Part shown: in pieces, positions 54,447 through 64,000 of the stretch
How the letters are laid out: each line of letters starts with the position of its first letter
Numbering within the stretch: position 1 is the first letter of the stretch
Origin: an uncultured Spirochaetales bacterium
GTDB lineage: Bacteria > Spirochaetota > Spirochaetia > DSM-27196 > DATKUC01
Assembly: GCA_964577375.1 (NCBI GenBank)
Contig: CAZNYW010000017.1
Location: 887 to 64,886 of the forward strand
Reading direction: 5' to 3'
Length of the DNA stretch: 64,000 nt
Translations under genes and position numbers: made by a program
Notes under the pieces: model-generated
What the model was told of the DNA's origin: nothing
The model's database searches: none
Seen by the model: only the letters and a program-made list of their open reading frames with translations

Positions 54447-54856
54447 GCCGGGGCAGGTCGGGCGGCCGTCGCCGCACTTCAGTGCGGCGGAGGAAAGTCC
54501 GGGCTCCGTAGAGCATGGCACCGGGTAACACCCGGGCTTCGCGGGTGCGAAAGCACGCGCGGAGACAGATAGGGCCACAGAAAACAGACCGCCTGATACG
54601 ACAGGACGGCAACGTCCGTCGCCTCGGGTAAGGGTGAAAAGGTGGGGTAAGAGCCCACCGGCTGCAGGGTAACCTGCAGCGCACGGTAAACCTTGCCAGG
54701 AGCAAAACCAAGCAGCGGAGAGTTGCTCGCTCACATCCGCGGGTAGGTTGCTCGAGCCGGGCGGCAACGCTCGGTCAAGATAGATGGCAGCCCTCCGAAA
54801 GTCGCGCAAAGCCGCGCCTTTCGGGGCCAGAACCCGGCTTACAGACCTGCCCCGCC
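54447..54856 (+). ncRNA. rnpB: RNase P RNA, bacterial type A
   Basis: Universal blocks GAGGAAAGTCCGGGCTCC, ACAGAAAACA, GGGTAAGGGTGAAAAGGTGGGGTAAGAGCCCACC and CCAGAACCCGGCTTA. P1 pairing is CGGGGCAGGTC (54449-54459) with GACCTGCCCCG (54844-54854). Ends are good to about +/-5 nt. Confidence 0.93.
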
Positions 54857-54861
54857 TCCCC

Positions 54862-54879
54862 CGGAACGCCTCCGTTCCG
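54862..54879 (+). terminator. Hairpin CGGAACG-cctc-CGTTCCG just downstream of rnpB (possible 3'-end/terminator element, no U-tract)
   Basis: 7-bp perfect stem read from the sequence. Confidence 0.3.
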
Positions 54880-54890
54880 CCGGCGCTACA

Positions 54891-54919
54891 TTGACTTTTT
54901 AGGGAAACTGTACTTTAAT
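54891..54919 (+). promoter_or_regulatory. Candidate promoter for the TPR gene/mre cluster (TTGACT-N17-TTTAAT)
   Basis: Hexamers and spacing read from the sequence, 15 nt upstream of ATG 54935. Confidence 0.5.
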
Positions 54920-54934
54920 GTCTGCCGTTGACTC

Positions 54935-55894
54935 ATGATTTACCCCGATAGCCGTTACCGCTTCTCCCAGGGAAGAGGAAACAGAAGAAAGGCAAGAAGC
55001 AGACTCCTGGGAGCATTACTGTTCCTGATTGTGCTTGGCGTGGGAGGCTACTTCGTCCTGCGGAACGGCGTTCCGTTCACCGGATCGCAGAAACAACCGG
55101 CGCCGGCGCGGGTAGATCTGGCCTCGCTGTGGAACAGCCAGCGATATGCGGAACTGATAAAGGCAGCAGACGACGAGCTTAACAACAATCCTATGGACGG
55201 TACCGCCTTGGTATTCGATGGGTTTTCCAGCTTTTATGCGGGAATAACCCAGGTTGCACTGGACGACAAGCTCCAGTACATTGAAAAATCCATATCCGCC
55301 CTTCGTCGCGCGCTCCTGCTCGCACATCCGCCCTATGTCGCACAAATCCACTATGTCCTCGGAAAAGCCTACTACCAGAAGGGGCTGTACTTCACCGATC
55401 TGGCGATCAAGCATCTGAAAACCGCGCTGGACATGGGATACAAGGCCGATGACATATACGAGTATCTCGGGCTCAGCTATAATCGTCTGGGACTCTACAA
55501 GGAAGGGGTCGACTGGTTTTTGAAGGCTGTCAGTCAGAACCCCAAAGACGTGCTCTTCCTGACGATTGCGCAGACCTACTTCAAGATGGGCGACAGTCGA
55601 CAGGCGACCGATTATGTGGACAAGGCCATCAGCGCCTCCTCTGACGACTTTCTCGTTCAGAAGGCGATGTTTCTTCTCGGCGAGATCTACCGCAAAGAGG
55701 GCAACCTGGACGCCGCGGAACGGGAATATCAGAAGATCATCGCAAGCAATCCACAATCGAGCGACGGACACTTCTATCTTGGAGAAACCTACTTGGCGAT
55801 GGGCGACCGTGCCCGCGCACGCGCGGAGTGGCGCGAGGCGCTGCGAATAGATCCGAACAACGAAGCCGCCTACAACAGGCTGCGGGGGAAATAG
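54935..55894 (+). CDS. Membrane-anchored tetratricopeptide-repeat protein
   Basis: N-terminal TM helix [19 protein letters not shown]. Several TPR units ([13 protein letters not shown]..., [14 protein letters not shown]..., [13 protein letters not shown]...). Confidence 0.8.
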   Translation: MIYPDSRYRFSQGRGNRRKARSRLLGALLFLIVLGVGGYFVLRNGVPFTGSQKQPAPARVDLASLWNSQRYAELIKAADDELNNNPMDGTALVFDGFSSFYAGITQVALDDKLQYIEKSISALRRALLLAHPPYVAQIHYVLGKAYYQKGLYFTDLAIKHLKTALDMGYKADDIYEYLGLSYNRLGLYKEGVDWFLKAVSQNPKDVLFLTIAQTYFKMGDSRQATDYVDKAISASSDDFLVQKAMFLLGEIYRKEGNLDAAEREYQKIIASNPQSSDGHFYLGETYLAMGDRARARAEWREALRIDPNNEAAYNRLRGK

Positions 55895-55923
55895 GTGACG
55901 AGGTCACGAAGGGAGGGGATTTT

Positions 55924-56967
55924 ATGGGTGTAGGGAGTGTGTTCAACGCGTTCTCGACAGACCTCGGCATCGATCTGGGGACCTGCAACACGCTGATATA
56001 CGTGCGCGGCCGCGGCATCATGGCAAACGAGCCGTCGGTCGTTGCAGTCGAGCGCGGCACGAAACGGGTGGTAGCGGTAGGCGAAGAGGCCCGTCTGATG
56101 CTGTGGAAGACTCCGGGCGATATCATTGCGATCCGGCCGCTGCGTGACGGCGTCATCGCGGATCTCGAGACCACCGAGAAGATGATCCGCTACTTCATTT
56201 CGAAGGTCATTCCGCGGCGCTGGTTCGTCAAACCGCGAATGGTGATCGGGGTTCCTTCCTGCATCACCGAAGTCGAGCGACGGGCCGTCGAGGAGAGCGC
56301 CTATAAGGCGGGCGCCCGCGAGGTCAAGGTGATCGAGGAATCGCTCGCCGCCGCAATCGGCGCCAACATCCCCATCTACGAGCCGGCCGGACACATGGTG
56401 GTCGACATCGGCGGTGGAACAAGCGAGATCTCGGTCATTTCTCTCGGCGGTATGGTCGTGACCAACGCGATCAGGCTCGGCGGCGACGAGTTCGACGAAG
56501 CCATCATGAAGCACGTCCGCACGGTCCACAATCTGATCGTGGGTGAACGGACCGCGGAGGAGCTGAAGAAGAGCATCGGCAACGCAACACCGGAAAAGAA
56601 GATCGAAAAGATGGAGGTGAAGGGCACCGATGCCATCACCGGACTTCCGCGGCGTCTGGAGATCGACAGCGTCGAGGTCCGCGAGGCGCTTCAGGAACCG
56701 ATAAACGCCATCATCGAGGAGATCAAGCGCACGCTCGGCCAGACCCCTCCGGAGCTTGCGGCTGACATCGTCGAGCGGGGAATCGTCATGACCGGGGGCG
56801 GCTCACTCCTCAAGGGGCTGGACACCCTCATCTCGAACGAAACCGGGGTGCCTGCCTTCCTCGCGGAGGACCCGCTCAACTGCGTCGCACTGGGTGCGGG
56901 ACTCTATTTTGATCATGTGAAGGGAAAGAACAACACCCGGAACATCTACAACAACCTGAATACCTGA
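55924..56967 (+). CDS. mreB: Rod-shape-determining protein MreB
   Basis: [30 protein letters not shown] and [18 protein letters not shown] actin-fold motifs. Internal ATG of listed ORF 55828-56967. Confidence 0.97.
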   Translation: MGVGSVFNAFSTDLGIDLGTCNTLIYVRGRGIMANEPSVVAVERGTKRVVAVGEEARLMLWKTPGDIIAIRPLRDGVIADLETTEKMIRYFISKVIPRRWFVKPRMVIGVPSCITEVERRAVEESAYKAGAREVKVIEESLAAAIGANIPIYEPAGHMVVDIGGGTSEISVISLGGMVVTNAIRLGGDEFDEAIMKHVRTVHNLIVGERTAEELKKSIGNATPEKKIEKMEVKGTDAITGLPRRLEIDSVEVREALQEPINAIIEEIKRTLGQTPPELAADIVERGIVMTGGGSLLKGLDTLISNETGVPAFLAEDPLNCVALGAGLYFDHVKGKNNTRNIYNNLNT

Positions 56968-56984
56968 CAGAGTAGGTTGTTTCC

Positions 56985-57977
56985 ATGCAATTTCGCGATT
57001 TCGCGACGAAAAACAGAACGGTGCTGACCCTCGTGGTCTGCATCGTCATTTCACTTTTGTCTCTCGCCTTTTCATCACAGAGCTTCGTGCTCCGCCCGAA
57101 AGAGGTGGGGCTGTCGGTATTCTCGCTCATCCAGAGCGGCATCTACCAGGTCGGCAGCTTCGTCTCACGGACCGTTGCGTCGGTGAAGGAGCTTGGAGAA
57201 CTTCGCCGCAACTATGCGATTCTGCTCGATCGCGTGAAACAGTACGAGGGAATTCAGAACGATATCACCGAGCTCCGGCAGGAGAACTCGAGGTTGAAGA
57301 CCATTCTCGACTTCTCGCAGCAATTCTCCTTCAAGAACATTCCGGCACAGATCATCGGAAAGGATCCCGGGAACATCTTCTCCACCATCATGATAAACAA
57401 GGGCAGCGCCGACGGCGTGCGGGCGAACATGCCGGTGGTGGCTGTACAGGATGGCGTTCAGGGACTCGTGGGAAAGATCGAAAGCGTGGGGATCAAGACA
57501 GCGATGGTCCTCCCGCTGTACGACCACCTCACCTACGTCGCAGCGAGACTGCAGCGATCGCGCTACGAAGGGCTCGTGAACGGCGGAGGCGACAGTTCGG
57601 TCACCATGCAATGGGTAGAGAAGACCGCCGCGAAATACCTGCAGACCGGCGACCTTGTCATCACCTCCGGGATGAACTCGATCTATCCCAAGGGCATCAG
57701 AATCGGCTATGTGTCGAGCATCAGCGCCCGGCCGTCGGACACCTCGCTGCAGCTCGAAATCAAACCCATAATCGACTTTGCGAAGCTCGAATATGTGTTC
57801 GTTATCGCCGAGCAGCCACCGCCGGTCGAGCCTGTGACCACGGTGGAGACGGTGAAGCCGGCGGAAGCCGCTGGCGTGCAGGAGCAGAATGCAGCTCCGC
57901 AGCCCAATGTTCCGGCTCCCCACACTGAGCCGCCGCCGGAGGCTCCCGGCACCGGTCAGGTGAGACCTGGAGGCTGA
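56985..57977 (+). CDS. mreC: Rod-shape-determining protein MreC
   Basis: N-terminal TM helix, coiled coil (ELRQENSRLK) and beta-barrel domains (VVAVQDGVQGLVGKIESVG, VITSGMNSIYPKGIRIG). Synteny also supports the call. Confidence 0.9.
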   Translation: MQFRDFATKNRTVLTLVVCIVISLLSLAFSSQSFVLRPKEVGLSVFSLIQSGIYQVGSFVSRTVASVKELGELRRNYAILLDRVKQYEGIQNDITELRQENSRLKTILDFSQQFSFKNIPAQIIGKDPGNIFSTIMINKGSADGVRANMPVVAVQDGVQGLVGKIESVGIKTAMVLPLYDHLTYVAARLQRSRYEGLVNGGGDSSVTMQWVEKTAAKYLQTGDLVITSGMNSIYPKGIRIGYVSSISARPSDTSLQLEIKPIIDFAKLEYVFVIAEQPPPVEPVTTVETVKPAEAAGVQEQNAAPQPNVPAPHTEPPPEAPGTGQVRPGG

Positions 57978-57980
57978 TCC

Positions 57981-58493
57981 GTGGGGATAAACGTTCTCAT
58001 ATCATCCGGTTTGCTCAGCCTGCTGGTGCTGCTTCAGACCAACATCCTGCGGGTCATCGCTATTGGTGGAGCAGTTCCCGACCTGGCGCTGATTGTGCTC
58101 GTATTTCTCGCCAACCGGAACGGCAGCATGGCCGCGCAGGTAAGCGGCTTTGTCGCGGGAATCGTGCAGGATCTGGTAAGCCTTGCTCCGCTCGGTTTTC
58201 ACGCTTTTGTGCGCACGTTGACCGGTTACCTGTTCGGGCTAACAAGAGGCAACATCTTTGTCGATCCTATACTTGTGCCGGTACTGATCGTTCTTGCAGC
58301 TACGATACTGAAGGGGGTGCTGACGGCGCTGCTGGCCGCCGTGTTCGGCATCTCGTCGGCGTTTGCCGGTCTGTTCTCGACCACCTTCCTGATTGAGCTC
58401 TTGTACAACGCAGTCCTCGCGCCCTTCCTGTTTGGACTTCTCGGCGTGATAAAGCCCCTCCGGCTCGACACAAGGGGGCGTGCTCTTGAGTGA
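57981..58493 (+). CDS. mreD: Rod-shape-determining protein MreD
   Basis: Polytopic 170-aa membrane protein between mreC and mrdA. GTG start. Confidence 0.85.
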   Translation: MGINVLISSGLLSLLVLLQTNILRVIAIGGAVPDLALIVLVFLANRNGSMAAQVSGFVAGIVQDLVSLAPLGFHAFVRTLTGYLFGLTRGNIFVDPILVPVLIVLAATILKGVLTALLAAVFGISSAFAGLFSTTFLIELLYNAVLAPFLFGLLGVIKPLRLDTRGRALE

Positions 58494-60339
58494 GTTCGGC
58501 CGCAACGGACGTCAGGACGTCTCGAAATCGCGTATAAAACTACTGGGCGGCATAATTTTGGCAACGGTGATTGCCTATGTGTGCTATCTCTTTTCGATGC
58601 AGATCGTCGACGGCTACATCTATTCGGTACGCGCCGCGCAGGTCACCACCCGGAGCATCGTGGTTCCACCGCAGCGGGGCGAGATCTTCGACCGAAATAT
58701 GGACGTACCCCTTGCGACCAACATCGACTCCTTCGCGGTAGATGTAATACCGGCCGAGATTCCGAAGCCCGACCTGGACCGCGTGCTGACGGAAATCGGG
58801 CGGTTCCTGGGAATGAGCCTGAAAGACGTGAAGACGGCGATCCCCGAAGCCGCCTACAGCCGATACCAGCCCGTCGAGCTGAAGAGCGGGCTCACTTTCG
58901 AAACAATTTCCCGGATCGCCGAGCACATCAACGAGCTCCCGGGCATTACGTGGCGGAACAAGCCTATCCGCAACTATCTCGACGGCAATACCCTGGCGCA
59001 CGTGGTGGGCTATGTCGGCGATATTACCCCGGAGGAGCTTCAGACCCTGTACAACCAGGGGTACACCGCCAATTCCGTCATCGGAAAGAGCGGTGTGGAG
59101 TATCAGTACGACAACCTCCTCCGCGGCAAAGACGGCCGGGAGTTCCGCACGGTGGATGCGCACGGTCGAAAAATCAACGAGGGCAGCAAGGAAGATGTGG
59201 CCCCTGTGGCCGGCGACAATCTGGTGTTGACGTTGGACCGCAGAATCCAGCACCTTGCGCAGGATGCGCTCGGCAATCGGAGCGGCGCCGTTGTGGTTCT
59301 CAAACCTTCGACTGGAGAGATCCTGGCGATGGTTTCCTACCCGACCTACGACCCCAACGTCTTTTACGCTCCCAACGGATCGGCAGAGTACACGAGGCTC
59401 GTGAACGACCCATCCGCGCCCTTCCTCAATCGCGCCATCCAGGGGGCCGCGGCGCCTGCGTCGACCTTCAAGATCATCATGTCCACGGCAGTTATCGAAG
59501 AGAACGCCTTTCCGCTCGACGCCACCGTGTACGACCCCGGCTGGTTTCGACTCGGGAATCAGATTTTCAAGTGCTGGGTGAGCTACGGGCACGGGGCGGT
59601 GAACCTGGCCGAGGCACTCGCGCAATCCTGCGATGTGTACTTCTACACTATGGGCGCTGATTACCTCGGTGTCGACACCATAGTCGACTACTCGCGCCGG
59701 TTCGGCTACGGCGAGAAGACCGGCGTCGACCTGCCGGGCGAGGTCCCCGGCCTTGTGCCGAGCCCCGCGTGGAAGGAGCGCGCACTCGGAGAGCGCTGGG
59801 TCGGCGGCGACACGGTGAACATGTCGATCGGGCAGGGCTATCTGATGGTGACGCCCACTCAGATGGCCGACGCGCTCGCCATGGTGGCAAACGACGGAAT
59901 CGTCTACAAGCCGCATGTGCTCAAGGAAGTCCGCGACCACAACACCGGAGAGGTGATCAAGCGGATCGAGCCGGAGGTTCTGCACACCTCTTCTATCAGC
60001 AGAAAGACCTTCGAGACCTTACAGAAGGATCTCCGAGGCGTCATCACGCACGGCACCGCCGAGTACGTCATCACGACGGACGCGGTGAAGGTTGCAGGCA
60101 AAACCGGAACGGGCGAGGTCGGATCGGATACGAACTGGAACTCCTGGTTTGTGGCGTACGCGCCCTATGACTCGCCGAACCCGGACAATCAGGTGGTGGT
60201 AAGCGTCTGGGTCGACTCGAAAAACACCTGGGAATGGTGGGCGCCCAAGGCTGCGAATATCATCCTTCACGGGATTTTCAAGGACATGAACTATACCGAC
60301 GCGCTCGCCGACCTGCGTCGAAAGGGATGGTGGTATTGA
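58480..60339 (+). CDS. mrdA: Penicillin-binding protein 2 (elongasome transpeptidase)
   Basis: STFK active-site motif, QSCDVYF and KTGTGE motifs. N-terminal TM anchor. Confidence 0.95.
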   Translation: MLLSEFGRNGRQDVSKSRIKLLGGIILATVIAYVCYLFSMQIVDGYIYSVRAAQVTTRSIVVPPQRGEIFDRNMDVPLATNIDSFAVDVIPAEIPKPDLDRVLTEIGRFLGMSLKDVKTAIPEAAYSRYQPVELKSGLTFETISRIAEHINELPGITWRNKPIRNYLDGNTLAHVVGYVGDITPEELQTLYNQGYTANSVIGKSGVEYQYDNLLRGKDGREFRTVDAHGRKINEGSKEDVAPVAGDNLVLTLDRRIQHLAQDALGNRSGAVVVLKPSTGEILAMVSYPTYDPNVFYAPNGSAEYTRLVNDPSAPFLNRAIQGAAAPASTFKIIMSTAVIEENAFPLDATVYDPGWFRLGNQIFKCWVSYGHGAVNLAEALAQSCDVYFYTMGADYLGVDTIVDYSRRFGYGEKTGVDLPGEVPGLVPSPAWKERALGERWVGGDTVNMSIGQGYLMVTPTQMADALAMVANDGIVYKPHVLKEVRDHNTGEVIKRIEPEVLHTSSISRKTFETLQKDLRGVITHGTAEYVITTDAVKVAGKTGTGEVGSDTNWNSWFVAYAPYDSPNPDNQVVVSVWVDSKNTWEWWAPKAANIILHGIFKDMNYTDALADLRRKGWWY

Positions 60340-61646
60340 AGTCCCGATCGATTTTCAGCTTTGACGTCTACCTGCTCGTCGCCTCTCTTTCGCTGATGGT
60401 GATCGGCATTCTATTCGTCTACTCCAGCGGCGTCACCGCAACAGGTGAGGTCTTTTCCAAAGAGTATCTGAAGCAGATTGTATGGGTGCTCATCGGCATC
60501 GCAATCCTGTTCGGTGTTTCGATCATCGACTATACGAGGCTGCGCGACTGGGCCCCCTATCTCTACGTCGTTCTCGCGCTCGCGCTCGTCGTGACACTCG
60601 TCACCGGGCGGGTAGTAAACGGATCGCGCTCCTGGCTTGGGGTTGGCGGTCTGGGAATCCAGCCGTCCGAGTTCATGAAAATAGCGACGATCCTTCTGCT
60701 TGCTCGATATCTCGAACGGACCGGAGGACGGGAGCAGGAGCTGAAGCGCTTCGGGATTGCCCTCGGAATCGTTGTTTTTCCGATGCTCCTCATACTTGCC
60801 CAGCCGGACCTCGGCACCGCTCTTGTCTACCTTCCGATCTTCATGTTCATGGTGTTTACCGCCGGGGGGAAGGCACGCCACATTCTGTTTATTCTGCTCG
60901 CAGGGATGCTCGTCATCGTGCTGACCGTTCTGCCCGCATGGCAGAGCCAGATTCTGGGCGCGCAGATACCGGCCCTTCAGGTGTTCACCTCGGTGCACCT
61001 GATGTTCTATCCGCTTGTCGGTGTTCTCGCGGTGGTCGGGCTCTCACTCATCGGCCTCCTGGTCCTCAAGCGAAGATACTATTACTGGATTCTCTACGCA
61101 TCACTGATAGTACTGTCCGGGCTTCTCGGCTCCATTGCCGCGCGAGCATTTCTCAAAGACTATCAGATCATGCGACTCATCGTGTTCCTCGACCCGTATG
61201 TCGATCCGCGCGGCGCCGGATGGAACATCATTCAGTCGGTAACGGCGGTCGGTTCCGGGGGGCTGTTCGGAAAGGGATTTCTCCAGGGCACGCAGAGCCA
61301 CTATCAATATCTCCCACAGCAGAGCACCGACTTCATCTTCTCCATACTGGCGGAGGAATGGGGCTTTGTGGGAGCGCTGCTTGTTTTTGCGCTCTTCATG
61401 GTGATTCTCATTCGCGGTCTCTACATCGTTACCCAGGCAAAGGACCGGTTTGCCGCGATTACGGGCGCCGGAATAGTTGGAATGATCTTCTTCCATTTCG
61501 TCGTCAACGTCGGCATGGCCATAGGAATCATGCCGATCACAGGCATACCGCTCTTCTTCCTTTCGCATGGTGGATCCTCTCTGTGGACGGCGCTAATCGG
61601 GGTGGGGCTGCTCATGAGCATCTACCACAACCGCTACCAGTACTAG
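60327..61646 (+). CDS. rodA: SEDS-family peptidoglycan glycosyltransferase RodA
   Basis: Polytopic. Conserved blocks IQPSEFMKI, QPDLGTAL, LPQQSTDFIFS..EEWGF and PITGIPLFFLSHGGSS. Internal ATG overlaps the mrdA end by 13 nt. Confidence 0.95.
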   Translation: MVVLKSRSIFSFDVYLLVASLSLMVIGILFVYSSGVTATGEVFSKEYLKQIVWVLIGIAILFGVSIIDYTRLRDWAPYLYVVLALALVVTLVTGRVVNGSRSWLGVGGLGIQPSEFMKIATILLLARYLERTGGREQELKRFGIALGIVVFPMLLILAQPDLGTALVYLPIFMFMVFTAGGKARHILFILLAGMLVIVLTVLPAWQSQILGAQIPALQVFTSVHLMFYPLVGVLAVVGLSLIGLLVLKRRYYYWILYASLIVLSGLLGSIAARAFLKDYQIMRLIVFLDPYVDPRGAGWNIIQSVTAVGSGGLFGKGFLQGTQSHYQYLPQQSTDFIFSILAEEWGFVGALLVFALFMVILIRGLYIVTQAKDRFAAITGAGIVGMIFFHFVVNVGMAIGIMPITGIPLFFLSHGGSSLWTALIGVGLLMSIYHNRYQY

Positions 61647-61655
61647 CCGGATCAC

Positions 61656-64000
61656 GTGGGTAAGACCAGGCGCCACATCGACCCTGAAAACGAACTCGAG
61701 GATGTGCTTCTCAGAGTCGATACACCGAGCCGCTACGTCGGCGGCGAGCATGGACGTACAGTCAAGCCGGACGACTCTCTCTTCACCGTAGCACTCTGTT
61801 TTCCTGATCTCTACGAGATCGGTATGTCCAACACGGCGATCAAGATCCTCTATACCGTGATGAACAGGCTTCCCGGCGTCAGATGTGAACGGGTATTCGC
61901 CCCGGCACCCGATTTCGAGCTGGCGCTTCGCGACAAAGGTGTACCCCTGTACACCCTCGAGTCGGGAATTCCGCTGTGCGAGTGCGACATGATCGCCGTG
62001 TCGGTCGGATTCGAGCTTTCGGCGACCAACATCCTGGCCGTGCTCGAAGCCGGGCAGGTGCCCATTAACCGTCGGGAAAGAACCGATGCGCATCCGGTCG
62101 TCATTGCGGGAGGACCCGCCGTGACCAATCCGGTCCCCTTTGGGGACTACTTCGATGCCGTAGTGGTCGGCGAGGCCGAGGCTTGTCTTCCTCGGCTGCT
62201 CGAACCGTTGACGAGATTGAAACGGGAGGGGGCGTCGAGACCGGCACTCATTGCCTCAATGGAGAGCGACGAGGCTGTCTGGACTGCTCAGAAGAAAGGA
62301 CGGGCCTCTCGCGCGATCTGGAACGATTTTGGCCGCGAGCCCTTTCTTATCGAGTTTCCGCTGCCGCATCTCCGGCCGGTTCACGACCACGGTGTGATAG
62401 AGATAATGCGCGGCTGCCCGAATGGATGCCGTTTCTGTCACGCCGGGATCTACTATCGACCCTATCGCATGAAGGATATCGACGCCATCGTGCGCGAATC
62501 GGACCATCTCGTATATCGCTACGGCTACCGGGATATCACGCTCTCATCGCTGAGCTCCGGCGACTACGGTGAAATCGCCGAGCTGATGCAGCTGCTTCAC
62601 GAGAGATACAGCGGGATGAATGTCTCTTTCTCGCTGCCCTCGCTGAAGGTCGACAGCTTCACGCTGCCGATAATCGAACAGCTTTCGGCAGTGAGAAAGA
62701 GCGGACTCACCTTCGCGGTAGAGACGCCGTGGGACGAGGGGCAACTGTCACTGAATAAACGCGTATCTACCGAACAGATTGTCGAAATACTGACGACGGC
62801 GAAGGAGCGGGGATTTCGAAGCGCGAAGTTCTACTTCATGCTCGGGTTGCCAGTCGGACGCCCGGAGCCGGAGTCGGAAGTCGAAGGCATCGTATCATTC
62901 GTGAAAACCGTTTTCGGGGCGACAGGCGTCCACCTTCATGTCACAATCGGAACCTTTGTACCGAAGCCGCATACCCCCTACCAGTGGGCGCGTCAGATAG
63001 GCGAGACGGATGCTCTCACGAGAATCCACGCAATCAGAAACGCGCTGCGGCGCTACGGCTTCGTGAAGTTGGGCTGGTCATCGCCGTTTCACTCGACAAT
63101 CGAGGGTCTCATATCGCGCGGAGACGAGCGAGTAGGGAAGCTGATCCTCTCGGCCTATAGCGCGGGTGCGCGGTTCGATGCATGGGAAGATCGATCACAA
63201 CGAGAAGCCTGGCGGACGGCGATCGAAGAGGCAGAATGGGACGTTGAGCAGGAGCTCCTTCGAGAGAGGTCCACAGACGAACTGCTGCCCTGGAAATCTG
63301 TAAGTCTCGGAGTGTCGGAGGCGGTACTGAAGCAGGAGCTCGACCGGTCACGGAGAGCCGAGCTCTCCACGATCTGTGCGCCGGAGTGCGTACAGCCTTG
63401 CGGCGTGTGCAACCGGCGCACGAAGCCGCGTCACCCGCAACGTGAGCATCTGCTGTTCGACGTAGAAGAAGTCTCAGTAAGTACACACAAAGATACACCC
63501 AACCGGGCTGCCGGATTGCGTGTTGAGCCTGTGGAGCACATCCTGTATTTCTCCTACCGAAAGGAGGGGCCGGCTCGGTTTCTTCCGCACAGGAGCGTCC
63601 TGATTGCGTTCGAGCGGGCAATGCAGGCGGCGGGACTCCCGGTCAGGTTCACCAAGGGCTACGTCCCGAAACCCGAGATGGAACTGTCGCCGCCTCTTCC
63701 GCTGGGTGTCGTCGGACACGCCGAAGTAGGGCGGGTGACTGTATCGGATGACATACATGTTGAGAGTATTTGCGATAAGCTGACGAATCTTCTGCCGGAA
63801 GGACTTTCCGTCGCGGCGGTGCGGCTGCTCAAGGCTCGCGACGGCGGACGGAAGCGCCCGACCATCGGACGCCAGATATGGGGAGGACGTTATGAGCTTC
63901 TCTTGCCGCCTGAATTGAGCAGGGACCTGCTCGGAGAGTTCGGCGAAGCCGGCGCAGGAGCGTTCACGGTCGAATCGGTTTCGAATGTCGGGGAGGGGAG
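61656..64000 (+). CDS. Radical SAM protein (B12-binding-like N-terminal domain + radical SAM core, TIGR03960-like) fused to a DUF2344/TIGR03936-like C-terminal domain; 3' end outside the window
   Basis: Not in the supplied ORF track because it has no stop within the window. I translated frame 3 by hand from GTG 61656, 9 nt after the in-frame TAG that ends rodA, to nt 64000 and saw no stop. Radical SAM motif GCPNGCRFCHAG at about 62412-62447. Confidence 0.85.
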   Translation, partial: MGKTRRHIDPENELEDVLLRVDTPSRYVGGEHGRTVKPDDSLFTVALCFPDLYEIGMSNTAIKILYTVMNRLPGVRCERVFAPAPDFELALRDKGVPLYTLESGIPLCECDMIAVSVGFELSATNILAVLEAGQVPINRRERTDAHPVVIAGGPAVTNPVPFGDYFDAVVVGEAEACLPRLLEPLTRLKREGASRPALIASMESDEAVWTAQKKGRASRAIWNDFGREPFLIEFPLPHLRPVHDHGVIEIMRGCPNGCRFCHAGIYYRPYRMKDIDAIVRESDHLVYRYGYRDITLSSLSSGDYGEIAELMQLLHERYSGMNVSFSLPSLKVDSFTLPIIEQLSAVRKSGLTFAVETPWDEGQLSLNKRVSTEQIVEILTTAKERGFRSAKFYFMLGLPVGRPEPESEVEGIVSFVKTVFGATGVHLHVTIGTFVPKPHTPYQWARQIGETDALTRIHAIRNALRRYGFVKLGWSSPFHSTIEGLISRGDERVGKLILSAYSAGARFDAWEDRSQREAWRTAIEEAEWDVEQELLRERSTDELLPWKSVSLGVSEAVLKQELDRSRRAELSTICAPECVQPCGVCNRRTKPRHPQREHLLFDVEEVSVSTHKDTPNRAAGLRVEPVEHILYFSYRKEGPARFLPHRSVLIAFERAMQAAGLPVRFTKGYVPKPEMELSPPLPLGVVGHAEVGRVTVSDDIHVESICDKLTNLLPEGLSVAAVRLLKARDGGRKRPTIGRQIWGGRYELLLPPELSRDLLGEFGEAGAGAFTVESVSNVGEG

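Noticed and set aside
53449-54809. Minus-strand ORFs 53449-54711 and 54165-54809
   Set aside because: They overlap the Zn-ribbon gene and the RNase P RNA. The RNase P universal sequence blocks explain the region 54447-54856 completely.
58540-59985. 481-aa minus-strand ORF and a 359-aa alternative plus-frame ORF inside mrdA
   Set aside because: The mrdA frame has STFK/KTGT motifs. The other frames have none and show R/G/P-rich artefact composition.
62183-62572. 129-aa plus-strand ORF and several minus-strand ORFs in the last 2.4 kb
   Set aside because: All lie inside the unterminated radical SAM reading frame, which has a clear CxxxCxxC motif and coding-like composition.

Overview
High-GC (about 60% or more by eye) chromosomal segment that looks spirochaetal: a FlaB-type periplasmic flagellin, a bacterial PUR-alpha-like protein and the gene order all point that way. 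Coding density is very high, with about 65 genes, many joined by ATGA or short overlaps. I found no rRNA, CRISPR array, transposase, integrase or recognisable defence gene, so most of the window is ordinary core genome. Layout: (i) 1-16.7 kb, three tandem soluble sensor kinases, then hoxFUYHW (NAD-linked group-3d-type [NiFe] hydrogenase) with a terminal orphan receiver, divergent hypA plus an Mrp/MinD ATPase, and hypFCDE. (ii) 16.7-35 kb, housekeeping genes: PUR-like, rnhB, superoxide reductase, smc, ffh-rpsP-KH-rimM-trmD-rplS, a FliK-like/FlhB-C-like pair, HD-GYP, yraN, coaD, rpmF-acpP-rnc, cca. (iii) 35-44 kb, flaB, thiamine pyrophosphokinase, HIT/SPFH-like/HAD genes, map, tRNA-Thr, tRNA-Tyr. 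(iv) 44.6-48.7 kb, a 1354-aa secreted protein built as beta-rich domain + 8 FlgD-Ig repeats + OmpA. (v) mltG-dnaG-rpoD, a Zn-ribbon protein, RNase P RNA, a TPR protein, mreBCD-mrdA-rodA, and a radical-SAM ORF that runs off the 3' edge and is absent from the ORF track. The best candidate for something undescribed is the redox-sensor kinase cluster next to the hydrogenase, especially a histidine kinase fused to a CoA-disulfide-reductase-like flavoprotein with a degenerate rhodanese domain. Other points worth a second look: an Mrp/MinD ATPase in the hypB position, the giant OmpA protein, a structured flaB leader containing a G9 tract, several apparently leaderless genes, and a sharp GC trough across the dnaG 3' / rpoD 5' junction. 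Every functional call rests on motif recognition by eye; no database search was run.
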